Assembly (NCBI GenBank): GCA_965116885.1
Contig: OZ220741.1
Location: 774,881-838,880, forward strand
Direction of reading: 5' to 3'
Source of the DNA: Candidatus Latescibacterota bacterium
GTDB lineage: Bacteria; Latescibacterota; UBA2968
Length of the DNA: 64,000 nt
Position 1 is the stretch's first letter; each line of letters begins with the position of its first letter. The notes under the pieces are model-generated. The model saw nothing but the letters and a program-made list of their open reading frames with translations, was not told the DNA's origin and searched no databases. Shown in pieces: positions 9,044 to 19,373 of the stretch. The translations under genes were made by a program, and so were the position numbers.

Positions 9044-10432
9044 CTATATACTCGGCAAAGGTGCCGTATCACCCGTCTCGTGCTGCCACAGGCGAATCGC
9101 CGCCGCCATACTGCGAACGCGATCCCGGTGCTCGGGCGCATCGAACAAATTATTCTCCTCAAAAGGATCGGTATTCAAATCGAACAACTCGCACTGATCG
9201 CCCGCACACAAATTCAACTTCCACCGGTCGCCCGTCACAACACAGCGCCACGGCAGCGTCGCCACCAAATTGATATCGGGAGTTCCCAAATTGCGGTCGC
9301 CAATCCCATTCCACTCCATAAACGCCATGTGCGCCTTCAAATCGCGGTCGCCCGTCAAAGCACCCGCCACACTCTCACCCTGACACTGATCTGGAATCGG
9401 TACCCCCGCCAGATCCAAAAGCGTCGGAACCAGATCCGCGTGACCAAACACCCCATCCACCCGCGTCTGCTCCGCATTCAACCACGGCACATGCATCAAA
9501 AACGGAACCCGCGCCGACTCTTCGTAAAACGCCCGCTTCTCCCACATGCGGTGATCGCCCGCCATCTCGCCGTGATCGCTCGTAAACACAAAAATCGTAT
9601 TCTCCATCTGACCCGTCTCATCCAGCGCCTGCACCATCTGACCAATGGCATCATCCACAATTTTCACATTGCCCAAATACTGCGCCCGCAACTTTCGCCA
9701 ATTCTCATCCCGCGTCATATCTTCTGCCACAACCCGCGCATCCGTGGTATTGCGATAAAAATCCGAACGCACGCGGTTAAACAGCGAATGCCCCTCTGGA
9801 TGCTTCAAAAACGTCGGTCCCACCGGAATCTCCTCCGGATCGTACAACCCGTCATAAGGTCCCCGATAAGGCGGATGCGGCTCAAACGTACTGGCAACGA
9901 GCAGCCATGGCCGCCCCGTATGCTCGCGAATAAACCGCTCGGACTCCGCGCCCACATAAGCCCCAATCTGCGCGGAAGCCGGCATCTCCGCACGTTGCTG
10001 GGGCGTAAACCTGTTGGGCACATCCGGCGCAAAGCCCTGATCCACCAACCACTGGTGGTACCCACACCCATCCGCAATACTACACCACTCGTCAAACCCG
10101 TGCTGACAGTTGCCATCATCTCCCAGATGCCACTTGCCCACATACCCCTTGCGGTACGTATCGGGCATCATCTCCGCGATGGACAACGTCTCCTCCCTCA
10201 TCGGAATCCCATTGACCACACACCCATGCGAATGCGGATAAAGCCCGGTAATCAACGACCCCCGCGCCGGCGTACAAACCGCCTGCGTCACATAGGCATT
10301 CTCAAAAACAAAACTCCGCGCAGCCAGCGCGTCATGATGCGGCGACTGAATCCACTCATTGCCATAACACGCCATCGTATCCGTGCGCTGCTGATCTGTG
10401 ATAATAACTACTATATTTGGTTGACGCGACAT
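9044..10432 (-). CDS. Sulfatase (S1 family, formylglycine-dependent)
   Basis: 462 aa; N-terminal IVVIITDQQR and C-T-P-A-R-G-S-L-I-T-G formylglycine motif. Confidence 0.9.
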   Translation of the reverse strand: MSRQPNIVVIITDQQRTDTMACYGNEWIQSPHHDALAARSFVFENAYVTQAVCTPARGSLITGLYPHSHGCVVNGIPMREETLSIAEMMPDTYRKGYVGKWHLGDDGNCQHGFDEWCSIADGCGYHQWLVDQGFAPDVPNRFTPQQRAEMPASAQIGAYVGAESERFIREHTGRPWLLVASTFEPHPPYRGPYDGLYDPEEIPVGPTFLKHPEGHSLFNRVRSDFYRNTTDARVVAEDMTRDENWRKLRAQYLGNVKIVDDAIGQMVQALDETGQMENTIFVFTSDHGEMAGDHRMWEKRAFYEESARVPFLMHVPWLNAEQTRVDGVFGHADLVPTLLDLAGVPIPDQCQGESVAGALTGDRDLKAHMAFMEWNGIGDRNLGTPDINLVATLPWRCVVTGDRWKLNLCAGDQCELFDLNTDPFEENNLFDAPEHRDRVRSMAAAIRLWQHETGDTAPLPSI

Positions 10433-10434
10433 TG

Positions 10435-11772
10435 CTATCTCTCCTGAATTTTAAAATGCCTACCTTCTTTCGCTGCTTGCCATTGGTCTTCTGTATCGAT
10501 CTCCACGCCGGGATCGCCCTGTTGATTCATCCAGCAGTCCAGTTCGGCAGACAGGCGTTTCTTCGTCTCTGCGTGCGCGGGATCATCGACCAAATTATTC
10601 AACTCACAGGGATCCTCATCCATGCGATACAACTGCTCAGGGGGACGGCGCATGTATCGATCCACCAAAAACCGCGTATGCTCATTAAACGTCGTATCAA
10701 AAACCCATGTCGGCCAGTACTGGTGCCATCTAAACTGCCCCATCAGATGCTTCTCAATATAGATCGCCTCGGGCGTCAAATTGCGAATATAGTGATACGT
10801 ACCATCCGTCACCGCGCGGATCGGATAGGGCGGACCCTCGGGAATATTATTATGCATAAAATACGCGAACTCTCGATGTGCATCTGCCTCGCCCAAAAGC
10901 ACAGACATAAAACTCGACCCATCAAAATCAATCGCATCGGGATCGCCGCCCGCAGCCTCAATCAGCGTTGGTGCGACATCTTCATACTGAATAACCGCAT
11001 CGGTATATCCCGGCTTCACCACGCCGGGCCAGCGCACGATAAAACCCGTATGAACACCCGTATTCCAATTCGTCCACTTGCACCCGGGAAACTGCGACCC
11101 CTGCTCAGACGTAAAAATCACCAGCGTATTATCCGCCTGCCCGGACTCATCCAGCACCGATAGAATCTCACCCACCTCCTGATCCAGCACCTCGATCTCC
11201 GCCAAATACTTGGCATAATCACTCCGCGTCTCCTCTGTATCCGCCAGATACGGAGGCAACTTCAACGCATCCAGATCAAAATGCTCGGGATTGCCCAGCG
11301 TCCACGGCGCGTGCGGCTCAAAAAGACCTGCCACAAGACAAAAAGGCGCATCCCGATCTTGCTCCACAAACGCGCGAATACCCTCAACGCCAAACTCGGG
11401 ATCGGGATGTGTGCATCCCCCCTCAATACCCGGCACATATTCAAAAGGAAAACTCTTATTGGGACCCACATGCTTCTTGCCACACAGCCCCACGCGATAT
11501 CCCAGATCCCCCAGAAAATGCGGAAGACTCCTCGTCCCCGGACGCGCAGCAGAATGATTCCAGCACGAACCATTGCGCGCCGGGTACAACCCCGTATAAA
11601 GTGCCGTACGGCACGGATTGCACATCGCCATAGGCAAATACGCCCGATTAAAAACCAGACCATCCCGCGCCAACCCGTCAATATTCGGCGTATCCACATT
11701 CTGCCCACCGTAAAGCGACAAATCGAGATACGTCGCATCATCTGCAATCACGATCAAAATATTCGGTCCCAT
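10435..11772 (-). CDS. Sulfatase (S1 family)
   Basis: 445 aa; ILIVIADD... and C-N-P-C-R-T-A-L-Y-T-G motif. Confidence 0.9.
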   Translation of the reverse strand: MGPNILIVIADDATYLDLSLYGGQNVDTPNIDGLARDGLVFNRAYLPMAMCNPCRTALYTGLYPARNGSCWNHSAARPGTRSLPHFLGDLGYRVGLCGKKHVGPNKSFPFEYVPGIEGGCTHPDPEFGVEGIRAFVEQDRDAPFCLVAGLFEPHAPWTLGNPEHFDLDALKLPPYLADTEETRSDYAKYLAEIEVLDQEVGEILSVLDESGQADNTLVIFTSEQGSQFPGCKWTNWNTGVHTGFIVRWPGVVKPGYTDAVIQYEDVAPTLIEAAGGDPDAIDFDGSSFMSVLLGEADAHREFAYFMHNNIPEGPPYPIRAVTDGTYHYIRNLTPEAIYIEKHLMGQFRWHQYWPTWVFDTTFNEHTRFLVDRYMRRPPEQLYRMDEDPCELNNLVDDPAHAETKKRLSAELDCWMNQQGDPGVEIDTEDQWQAAKEGRHFKIQER

Positions 11773-13211
11773 AACCCCTCCTTTTTAAGTCCCAATCGCA
11801 CCAACAACTCTGACGGCGCATCAATAGCGCGCAATTTCTCAACCATCAAATTTTGCATACGAGCCAGCGCATCGGATTCACTATCGGCGAGATCATTCTC
11901 CTGATCGGGATCCGAAGGCATGTGATACAACCGCGTCTTGTGCTTCTCGGGATGTCGCGCAGGCGTCTGCTTGCTCCGCAGCACATCGGCACCCCAATCA
12001 AACTGATTCCGATTCGCAATAATACTCGAATAAGCATACACCGGCGGATTGGACTCATCCACCCCCTGCAACAGCACATACTCCCCATCGGTAATATTGC
12101 ACGTCCCCGAAAACTGACCGTACAAAATCGCATCGCGCCCGGGCGCATCCTCATCCCTCAGAAACGGAATCAAACTCTGCCCGTGCAAATTCACCCCATC
12201 GGGCACCGCCAACCCCATGGCCTCCACCACAGTCGGAAAATAATCAACCGGCTGAACAAACTGCACGGGACGCGCACCGTGACCAAACTCGGGATGCCAC
12301 ACAATCATCGGAATCCGCGTAATCTCATTCCAGAGCACCCAATTCTTTCCCGTGCGCCCGTGATCGCCATTGTGCGTCCCGTGATCCGACGCGAGAATAA
12401 TCATCGTATTATCCATCAACCCCATATTCTCAACCTGATCCAGAAAATGCCCCACCCAGCGATCCACCATCGTCACCTCACCCGCATAAATCGCCTGCAC
12501 CCGCTTCAACTCCGCCGCCGTCAAATTGCCATCCACCCAATCGTACGGCGCCACCGGATACTCCATCACATCGTCTTCCGAATCATCGTACAACTTCACA
12601 TAGTGGCGTGGCGGATCCCATGGCTCGTGCGGATCAAAAGAATCAATCATCAAAAAGAACTCTTGATCCGCATTGTGCTGAAGCCATCGCGCCGCCCGTG
12701 AAAACAACTGCGGCGAAAACCAATCGCGTTCTTCCTTGCGGATATATTGCGCATTGCGAAAATGCGGTTGCTCGGGCCTGTTATGCGGCGGATAATCCAG
12801 CGTCCGATTCTCAAAAACAATATCCGAATCCGTCACATACCGGTCCCGCTCCTGCCCGCGCACAAAATCAAATCCCGAAAACGGACGCCAGTACCCACTG
12901 CCCGGATTGCTCGTCCAGTGGTGATACACATCCGTAAAAAAGTAGGACACCTTACCCGCCTCATGCACCGTCCCACCCAGCGTCACATCATCCGGCTCTA
13001 TACCGCCCCACCCCCGCCACGGAAACTCGTATCGCCCCGTCGCAATATCCCGGCGACACGGCAGCGTAGGATACGAAGCCAAATACGCATTCTCAAAAAC
13101 CGCGCCCCGCTCGGCAAAACGATCTATATTCGGCGTGTGAATCCGAGAATTGTCATAACACCCCACATGATCTCGACGCCAGGTATCCAGCACAATCAGA
13201 ATGACATTCAT
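11754..13211 (-). CDS. Sulfatase-family (alkaline phosphatase superfamily) protein with non-canonical active site: Thr replaces the formylglycine Cys (T-L-P-C-R-R-D-I-A-T-G)
   Basis: 485 aa; VILIVLDTWRRDH...; aligned on the conserved TG, the position of FGly-Cys is Thr and a Cys sits at +3. Confidence 0.75.
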   Translation of the reverse strand: MNVILIVLDTWRRDHVGCYDNSRIHTPNIDRFAERGAVFENAYLASYPTLPCRRDIATGRYEFPWRGWGGIEPDDVTLGGTVHEAGKVSYFFTDVYHHWTSNPGSGYWRPFSGFDFVRGQERDRYVTDSDIVFENRTLDYPPHNRPEQPHFRNAQYIRKEERDWFSPQLFSRAARWLQHNADQEFFLMIDSFDPHEPWDPPRHYVKLYDDSEDDVMEYPVAPYDWVDGNLTAAELKRVQAIYAGEVTMVDRWVGHFLDQVENMGLMDNTMIILASDHGTHNGDHGRTGKNWVLWNEITRIPMIVWHPEFGHGARPVQFVQPVDYFPTVVEAMGLAVPDGVNLHGQSLIPFLRDEDAPGRDAILYGQFSGTCNITDGEYVLLQGVDESNPPVYAYSSIIANRNQFDWGADVLRSKQTPARHPEKHKTRLYHMPSDPDQENDLADSESDALARMQNLMVEKLRAIDAPSELLVRLGLKKEGLWDRIF

Positions 13212-13221
13212 AAAAAACTCC

Positions 13222-13884
13222 TCATGTTAAAACTTCTTCTACCCTCACCCGCAGATCCGCCACAGAATCACCCGCGGCATTGAGCACCACAGGACCATCA
13301 TAACCATTCGCCTTGAGCGCGCGGACCACATCCACATCATCCTCCCCAATCGTCACCATCCCGATACGTTCCACATACTTATCCACAATCCCAACAGCGT
13401 TATCAACATCCATCGCATTGAGCCAGACATGCGCGCGCTCGGGCAAATCGGGCATCAAAGCGTCAAAATCCGCCGCACTTTCCAAACACGTATCCACCCC
13501 ATTCCCGATATTCAGCGTCACATCGGGAATATTCTCAAGCAACGCATGCACACCCCTCACCAGAGCCTCACGCGCCTCGCGGGAACGCGCACCACAGAGA
13601 AAATTGGCACACCGCAAGCGGAGTGCCCGCGCCAGATGAACATCCCACTCAACCTGCCGCAAATTGGAACCCGGATCATCGCGCACATGTAACCCCATCA
13701 ACGCCACCCCCGCATCATCGAAATAATCGCGAATCATCCTCACCGAAGCATCTGGATGAAAAGGCGAACTCGCCGTAAACGCACAATGCAACACCATAGC
13801 ATCAAAACCCGCTGCCTTCGCAATCTTCAAGGCAGCGGGCAACACAGCTTTTGGACACATAACAGGATCAAAACACAAACGCAA
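13222..13884 (-). CDS. Sugar phosphate isomerase/epimerase-like TIM-barrel protein (small)
   Basis: 220 aa; hydrophobic beta/alpha pattern similar to 8104-8931 family; weak. Confidence 0.5.
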   Translation of the reverse strand: MRLCFDPVMCPKAVLPAALKIAKAAGFDAMVLHCAFTASSPFHPDASVRMIRDYFDDAGVALMGLHVRDDPGSNLRQVEWDVHLARALRLRCANFLCGARSREAREALVRGVHALLENIPDVTLNIGNGVDTCLESAADFDALMPDLPERAHVWLNAMDVDNAVGIVDKYVERIGMVTIGEDDVDVVRALKANGYDGPVVLNAAGDSVADLRVRVEEVLT

Positions 13885-13905
13885 AACAAACCTCCTTCCC
13901 TCGTC

Positions 13906-14685
13906 TCACATCCCCTCCCAATACGCCCACATATCATCCGGATCTTCAAACTTGAGATCATCCCAATTCGTCCACCGAAAACGCGTAATAATCGCCATGC
14001 GAATCTCATCGCTGCAATTCATACTCGCGCTGTGAATCAAATGACTGTGCCAGAGCATCGCGGATCCCGCCGGCCCAGAAATCTCTTCATAATCCTCTTC
14101 ATCCCAATCGAGAATCTCCAGCGGCCTCGTCGAACGCGGCTCCCCCTCGTAAATCGGCAACTGGTAAAACGCCTTACCCAGGCTCACCCGCGAATGGGTC
14201 TTAAAATAATCCGCCATGTGCTTATGTGTCCTCGGCCACACGCAGGTACCCCCACCCTGGGGCTTCACATCATTGAGATACAGCGTAATACCCACCGTCC
14301 AATTATTCACAACACCGCTGCCAAGCCCGTGGCCATCCATATGATTACCTCTGGGACCTACCCATTCACCACCCTGTGGAAACCGCAAATTCGCCGACGT
14401 AATTGGCGGATGCAAAGGCGCCAGCCGCCCCTTACCAGCCAACTCCTCAACCATACTGTACAGCGGCGAATCGTAAATCAGCGCGTGAAATGCCGCGTGC
14501 CCATCCATCCCCTGAGACCCCTCTTTCCCAACCCACGAAGAAGGATCATTGCGATCCACAGGCAAATGATCCCAGATCACATCTCGCGCAGCTGCCATCT
14601 GCGCGGGCGTCACCACATCGCGTTTAATCACATAGCCCTTCTCTCGAAACACCTCTTTATCATCAACCGTCAAATACGCCATCAC
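13906..14685 (-). CDS. Phytanoyl-CoA dioxygenase (PhyH) family Fe(II)/2-oxoglutarate oxygenase
   Basis: 259 aa; H-M-D motif (NHMDGHG) and distal His (LIHSASM). Confidence 0.75.
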   Translation of the reverse strand: MMAYLTVDDKEVFREKGYVIKRDVVTPAQMAAARDVIWDHLPVDRNDPSSWVGKEGSQGMDGHAAFHALIYDSPLYSMVEELAGKGRLAPLHPPITSANLRFPQGGEWVGPRGNHMDGHGLGSGVVNNWTVGITLYLNDVKPQGGGTCVWPRTHKHMADYFKTHSRVSLGKAFYQLPIYEGEPRSTRPLEILDWDEEDYEEISGPAGSAMLWHSHLIHSASMNCSDEIRMAIITRFRWTNWDDLKFEDPDDMWAYWEGM

Positions 14686-16136
14686 ACGCTCCTTCCGTCT
14701 GCGATATACCGCTCGACCATCTCCCTGAACTCGCGCACAATACCCGGTTCCTGGTTAAACTTATTATACGACTCAAACGGATCATCCCCCATATGATAAA
14801 GCTGACCCCTTGACCCCGGCACAGGACCCGTGCCCGCACACCCATCCACACCGCGCCCCATATCTCCAGAATTATCACAATCGCCAATCAACTTCCAATC
14901 CCCTCGCCGAATCGAAAACACCCCCATGCAGGAATGGTGTATCAAATCATCCCGAACAGGCTCAGTCTCCCCCATCAACGCGGGTAAAAAACTCGCACTA
15001 TCTTCCCCCGCATCCTCAGGAAGCGTCTCCCCCACAATATCCGCCACAGTCGCCATAAAATCCTGCAACCCGACCAGCGCATCGCAAACCGAATTCGGCG
15101 CAACAACACCCGGCCAGCGCGCGATAAACGGCTCTCTGTGTCCTCCCTCCCAGATAAACCCCTTAAAACCGCGCCAATCACCGCAAGACTTGTGACCATA
15201 CGTGCGTCCATTACACCCGGGCAACGCCCCATTATCACTCGTCACAATAACCAGCGTATCATCCGCCAAATCACAGCGATCCAGCGCATCCATCACCTGC
15301 CCCACCATCCAGTCAACCAGCGCGACCATATCCCCCCGGGGACCTGCCTCACTCGCACCGCGCAAAAACTCCGGCACGCATTCGACCGTACACGGTTCAT
15401 GCGGCGCAGAAGCCGCCAGATAAAGAAAAAAAGGCGTATCTTCATCCTCTGCCCGCTCCTCAATATACGCCACAGCCTTCTCCGTAAAAGCCGGATCCGC
15501 CTCCTTGTGGTCCCAATCTGGAACCATCAACCCGCGCCGACCACCCGCCATCTCAACCGGCTTTTGCACACTCGGAATACCCACCGTCTGATCCTGATCG
15601 ATAAAACAATAAGGCGGTTGCGCCGTCGAACAACCCGATGTCCCGTAAAACCTGTCAAACCCCAACTCAATCGGTCCGCCAGCAATCGGCTTTGAAAAAT
15701 CGATCTTATCTTCCTCCACCGGATCGGGTGATCCACCCGGCCACGGCAGGGGCTGATCAAAATCAAACACCTCACCATCCTTCACACCCCAGCCCAAACC
15801 CAAATGCCACTTACCAAAACATCCCGTGTGATATCCACACTTCTTCAACAAAGAAGCCACCGTCATACGCTCAGGCTCAATCAATGGCAGTTCGTAATTG
15901 AACAACACATGAGACTTCAATTCGGTGCGCCAGCAATAACGCCCGGTCAAAATCCCGTATCGCGTGGGCGTACACACCGCCGAAGGCGAATGTGCATCTG
16001 TAAACCGCATCCCCTCGCGCGCCAACCGATCCATATACGGCGTGGGAATCTTCGACTGCGGATTATAACACCCCACATCGCCATAGCCCATATCATCGGC
16101 GAGGATATAAACAATATTTGGACGTGTATTAGACAT
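14682..16136 (-). CDS. Sulfatase (arylsulfatase-like, S1 family)
   Basis: 484 aa; NIVYILADDMGYGDVGCYN and C-T-P-T-R-Y-G-I-L-T-G. Confidence 0.9.
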   Translation of the reverse strand: MSNTRPNIVYILADDMGYGDVGCYNPQSKIPTPYMDRLAREGMRFTDAHSPSAVCTPTRYGILTGRYCWRTELKSHVLFNYELPLIEPERMTVASLLKKCGYHTGCFGKWHLGLGWGVKDGEVFDFDQPLPWPGGSPDPVEEDKIDFSKPIAGGPIELGFDRFYGTSGCSTAQPPYCFIDQDQTVGIPSVQKPVEMAGGRRGLMVPDWDHKEADPAFTEKAVAYIEERAEDEDTPFFLYLAASAPHEPCTVECVPEFLRGASEAGPRGDMVALVDWMVGQVMDALDRCDLADDTLVIVTSDNGALPGCNGRTYGHKSCGDWRGFKGFIWEGGHREPFIARWPGVVAPNSVCDALVGLQDFMATVADIVGETLPEDAGEDSASFLPALMGETEPVRDDLIHHSCMGVFSIRRGDWKLIGDCDNSGDMGRGVDGCAGTGPVPGSRGQLYHMGDDPFESYNKFNQEPGIVREFREMVERYIADGRSV

Positions 16137-16138
16137 CT

Positions 16139-16552
16139 CTAACCTCTCATATCAATCCACGGTTCATCCCCCGACACATCGACCAGCACCTCACCATCGA
16201 ATTTAGCCGGAGACAAAATCGCCAAAAAAACCAGATCCTCATCCCCGGCATTATACGTCCCATGCACCATATCCATCGGAATATGCGCCGCATCCCCCGG
16301 ACCCAGAATTTGCGAAACCCTATCCACCCACTGTTCCGCCGTCCCCGAAATCACATAAATAACCTCTTCCATACACGGATGGCGATGAAACGCGTGCGCC
16401 TTGCCCGGCGGCATCGTCACCCGCACCAGCAACAAATGATCCGCCTCGGTCAACCCCTCCCGACTGATCCACTCGTGCGGCCCCCACGGCAATTCCTCCA
16501 CCTGCACATCGTCTTGCGCGATAAACCTCAACACATCAGATTTTGGCATCAC
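16139..16552 (-). CDS. Cupin domain protein
   Basis: 137 aa; HRHPCMEEVIYVISG...HIPMDMVHG two-motif cupin signature. Confidence 0.75.
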   Translation of the reverse strand: MMPKSDVLRFIAQDDVQVEELPWGPHEWISREGLTEADHLLLVRVTMPPGKAHAFHRHPCMEEVIYVISGTAEQWVDRVSQILGPGDAAHIPMDMVHGTYNAGDEDLVFLAILSPAKFDGEVLVDVSGDEPWIDMRG

Positions 16553-17941
16553 TCACTCCTGCGGCAATTCCTCGGCACAGATATCGATCTCCTCGATCAG
16601 CCGCGCCAGATCTGCTTCTACTTCTGCCTGCACATCGGCATACGCCGGATCGCCGTACACACTCGTCATCTCCCAGGGATCCTTCTCCAAATCGAACAAA
16701 TCGCGCTCGCCGGTTCGATGTACCGCGAGCGTATAATTTTGCGTACGCACGCCATAGTGCTTCGTCGGCCCATCCCAATACGCATAAAAAGCCGACTGCC
16801 GCCAATCTTCGGGCGTCTTCCCCTCGCACAGCGCGCGAAAACTCCTGCCCTGCACCTGTGCATCGGGTTGCAACCCGGCAAAATCGAGATACGTCGCGCC
16901 AAAATCCACATTCACCACAATATCCTCATTCACCGAACCCGGTGCAATCGCCCCTGGATACCGCATCACATAAGGCATGAGCAGCGACTCCTCCAGAATC
17001 AATCGCTTGTCAAAATACGAATGCTCGCCCAAAAACATACCCTGGTCAGAAGTATATACCACAATCGTATTCTCCGTCAACCCCTCCTCATCCAGATAAT
17101 CCAGCAACCGCCCCACACCCTCATCAATCGCCGTAATACACCGCAAATAATCCTTCACATACTTCTGATAAGCCGCGTGAATCTTCTCCGTCGTACTCAT
17201 CCCCGTCGTATCCAACCGCCCCGTGGGCCACTCCCTTCCCCGGAGGCCCTCATCCATCCGCTCGGCCTGCATCAGTATCGTACGGTGGTGATCCTCCAAC
17301 GCGCTGGACACCTTGTCAAACGGCTTATACAAATTCGACGGCTCGGGCAAATCCCCATCCGTGAACAAATCCGCATGACGAGGCGCGTACTCCCACAAAC
17401 CATGGGGCGCTTTGTGATGGCACAGCATCAAAAAGGGCTTATCCGGATCGCGCGCCTTCAACCAATTGAGCGACAAATCCGTAATAATATCCGTCGCATA
17501 CCCCTCGTACTGCGTCGGCTCGCCATTGCGCGTAAACGACGGATCAAAATAAGCACCCTGCCCCGGCAACACCTCCCAATAATCAAACCCATCCGGATCA
17601 GACCCCAAATGCCACTTACCCGCAATACCCGTTTGATACCCAGAAGCCTGCAACTGCCGCACAAAATTGGGATGATCGTCACTCAGAGGTTGATTCAACC
17701 GCAACACCCCATTTTTATGGCTGTATTGCCCCGTAATAATACTCGCCCTGCTCGGCGAACACAGCGCATTATTGCAAATACAATTGTCAAACCGCATCCC
17801 CTCATTGGCGATGCGGTCAATATTCGGTGTATCCACCACCTCATTCAGCCATCCGTTATAACAACTAATGGCATTCACAGTGTGATCATCAGACATAATG
17901 TAGAGAATATTGGGACGCGAATCAGACATTAAACCCTCCAT
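16553..17941 (-). CDS. Sulfatase (S1 family)
   Basis: 462 aa; NILYIMSDDH and C-S-P-S-R-A-S-I-I-T-G. Confidence 0.9.
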   Translation of the reverse strand: MEGLMSDSRPNILYIMSDDHTVNAISCYNGWLNEVVDTPNIDRIANEGMRFDNCICNNALCSPSRASIITGQYSHKNGVLRLNQPLSDDHPNFVRQLQASGYQTGIAGKWHLGSDPDGFDYWEVLPGQGAYFDPSFTRNGEPTQYEGYATDIITDLSLNWLKARDPDKPFLMLCHHKAPHGLWEYAPRHADLFTDGDLPEPSNLYKPFDKVSSALEDHHRTILMQAERMDEGLRGREWPTGRLDTTGMSTTEKIHAAYQKYVKDYLRCITAIDEGVGRLLDYLDEEGLTENTIVVYTSDQGMFLGEHSYFDKRLILEESLLMPYVMRYPGAIAPGSVNEDIVVNVDFGATYLDFAGLQPDAQVQGRSFRALCEGKTPEDWRQSAFYAYWDGPTKHYGVRTQNYTLAVHRTGERDLFDLEKDPWEMTSVYGDPAYADVQAEVEADLARLIEEIDICAEELPQE

Positions 17942-17953
17942 TTGAAAAAAATA

Positions 17954-19216
17954 TCACCGCTCCGGAACATAATCATCAATAAATTCCGGCATCATATCCA
18001 GCACCTTTTGCAAGCGTTCACGCGCCGCTTCAGAATCGGCATCGCCCAGCCCCAAAACAATATCGTGTTCTTCCAGCCGATCCGCAGGCACATCGTAAAA
18101 CCGGCCATCGTGATAAATTTTAAACCGATGTTCTCGCGCAAACTGCCCCGCGTGATCTTGACCAAAACCAAAACGCGGGTTGTAATGACAAAAAATCCAA
18201 TCCCTCGGATCGCCCCGTTCGCCCCGCAACTGGGGCAAAAAACTGCGCCCATCGCACGGCATCCCCTCCGGAATGGGCGCATCGGCCAAATCCATCAGCG
18301 TCGGCAAAAAATCGCTAAAATCCACCAGATCATCTAACACTATGCCCTCTGGCGCCACACCCTTCCAAAAAGCAATAAAAGGCACATGCGTCCCCGCATC
18401 GGGCATCGTACCCTTACCCCCCACAATCTCAACACCACCCTCAAGCTGGGACGTAATCGTGCGATGCGTACCATTATCACTCGTAAACATCACCAGTGTA
18501 TTCTCGAGCAAATCCAGCGCCTCGAGCTTCTCCACAATCCGCCCCACCAGCTTATCCGCATACGCCACCATATCGGCAAAATAGCGCGTATCCTGCTCAC
18601 CTCTCCGATCTCTATCCCGCCACTCCGGACTATCGGGCGTGGGAACAAAAGGCGCGTGAACCAGAATCATCGGATAATAAGCAAAAAAAGGCACATCCCG
18701 ATGTCGCTCAATAAAATCCAGCAAATAATCACAACAAATATCGGGACCATACCGATCTTGAATATAATCGTCGGGCAACCATTCCCCATTACATTCAATT
18801 TGCGGATTTGCATATCGTCTCTTACCCGTGCGAGTACCATCTTCTGGCGGCGGGGTCATATTCCACAAACAATGCTCGTCAAACCCAAAATGCGCGGGCA
18901 TCTTATTGTCCTTGCTCAACTGCCACTTGCCCGCAACACATGTTGCATACCCCGCATCCTGTAACAAATTGCCAAACGTCTTTTCTCTGGGATTCAAATA
19001 GGCGAACCTGTCGTAATTCCGAAAATTGTACTGCCCCGTCATAATCTCCACGCGAGAAGGCGTACACAAAGGCGTCGAATAACAATGTGAAAAGCGAATC
19101 CCCCGCGCTGCCAGATCATCCAACACTGGCGTCTCATACGTCGTACTCCCATAACAACTCAAACACTCAAATCCCATATCATCTGCCATAATCAACACAA
19201 CATTTGGTCTCGCCAT
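17954..19216 (-). CDS. Sulfatase (S1 family)
   Basis: Start MARPNVVLIMADDMGFE with GGAGGAG RBS; C-T-P-S-R-V-E-I-M-T-G. Confidence 0.9.
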   Translation of the reverse strand: MARPNVVLIMADDMGFECLSCYGSTTYETPVLDDLAARGIRFSHCYSTPLCTPSRVEIMTGQYNFRNYDRFAYLNPREKTFGNLLQDAGYATCVAGKWQLSKDNKMPAHFGFDEHCLWNMTPPPEDGTRTGKRRYANPQIECNGEWLPDDYIQDRYGPDICCDYLLDFIERHRDVPFFAYYPMILVHAPFVPTPDSPEWRDRDRRGEQDTRYFADMVAYADKLVGRIVEKLEALDLLENTLVMFTSDNGTHRTITSQLEGGVEIVGGKGTMPDAGTHVPFIAFWKGVAPEGIVLDDLVDFSDFLPTLMDLADAPIPEGMPCDGRSFLPQLRGERGDPRDWIFCHYNPRFGFGQDHAGQFAREHRFKIYHDGRFYDVPADRLEEHDIVLGLGDADSEAARERLQKVLDMMPEFIDDYVPER

Positions 19217-19373
19217 ACGCTCCTCCATTAAATAAACCCGAGCCAATTTAATACGACAACATCTCTATATCAACCCTCTTCTGGCACCACTATGAATCTG
19301 GTTGACACACCAATGCTACAGATGATACTATTATATTTCCGTGGAAACAACAGAACAAAGGGAAGGACAAAAA

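Noticed and set aside
8335-10447. Long plus-strand ORFs (312 and 527 aa) antisense to the sulfatase genes. Similar Arg/Pro/His-rich shadow ORFs occur throughout 2.5-19 kb and 55-60 kb.
   Set aside because: They are typical high-GC antisense shadow ORFs, with low-complexity R/P/H-rich translations and no motifs. The opposite strand encodes clear sulfatase, PhyH and other families.
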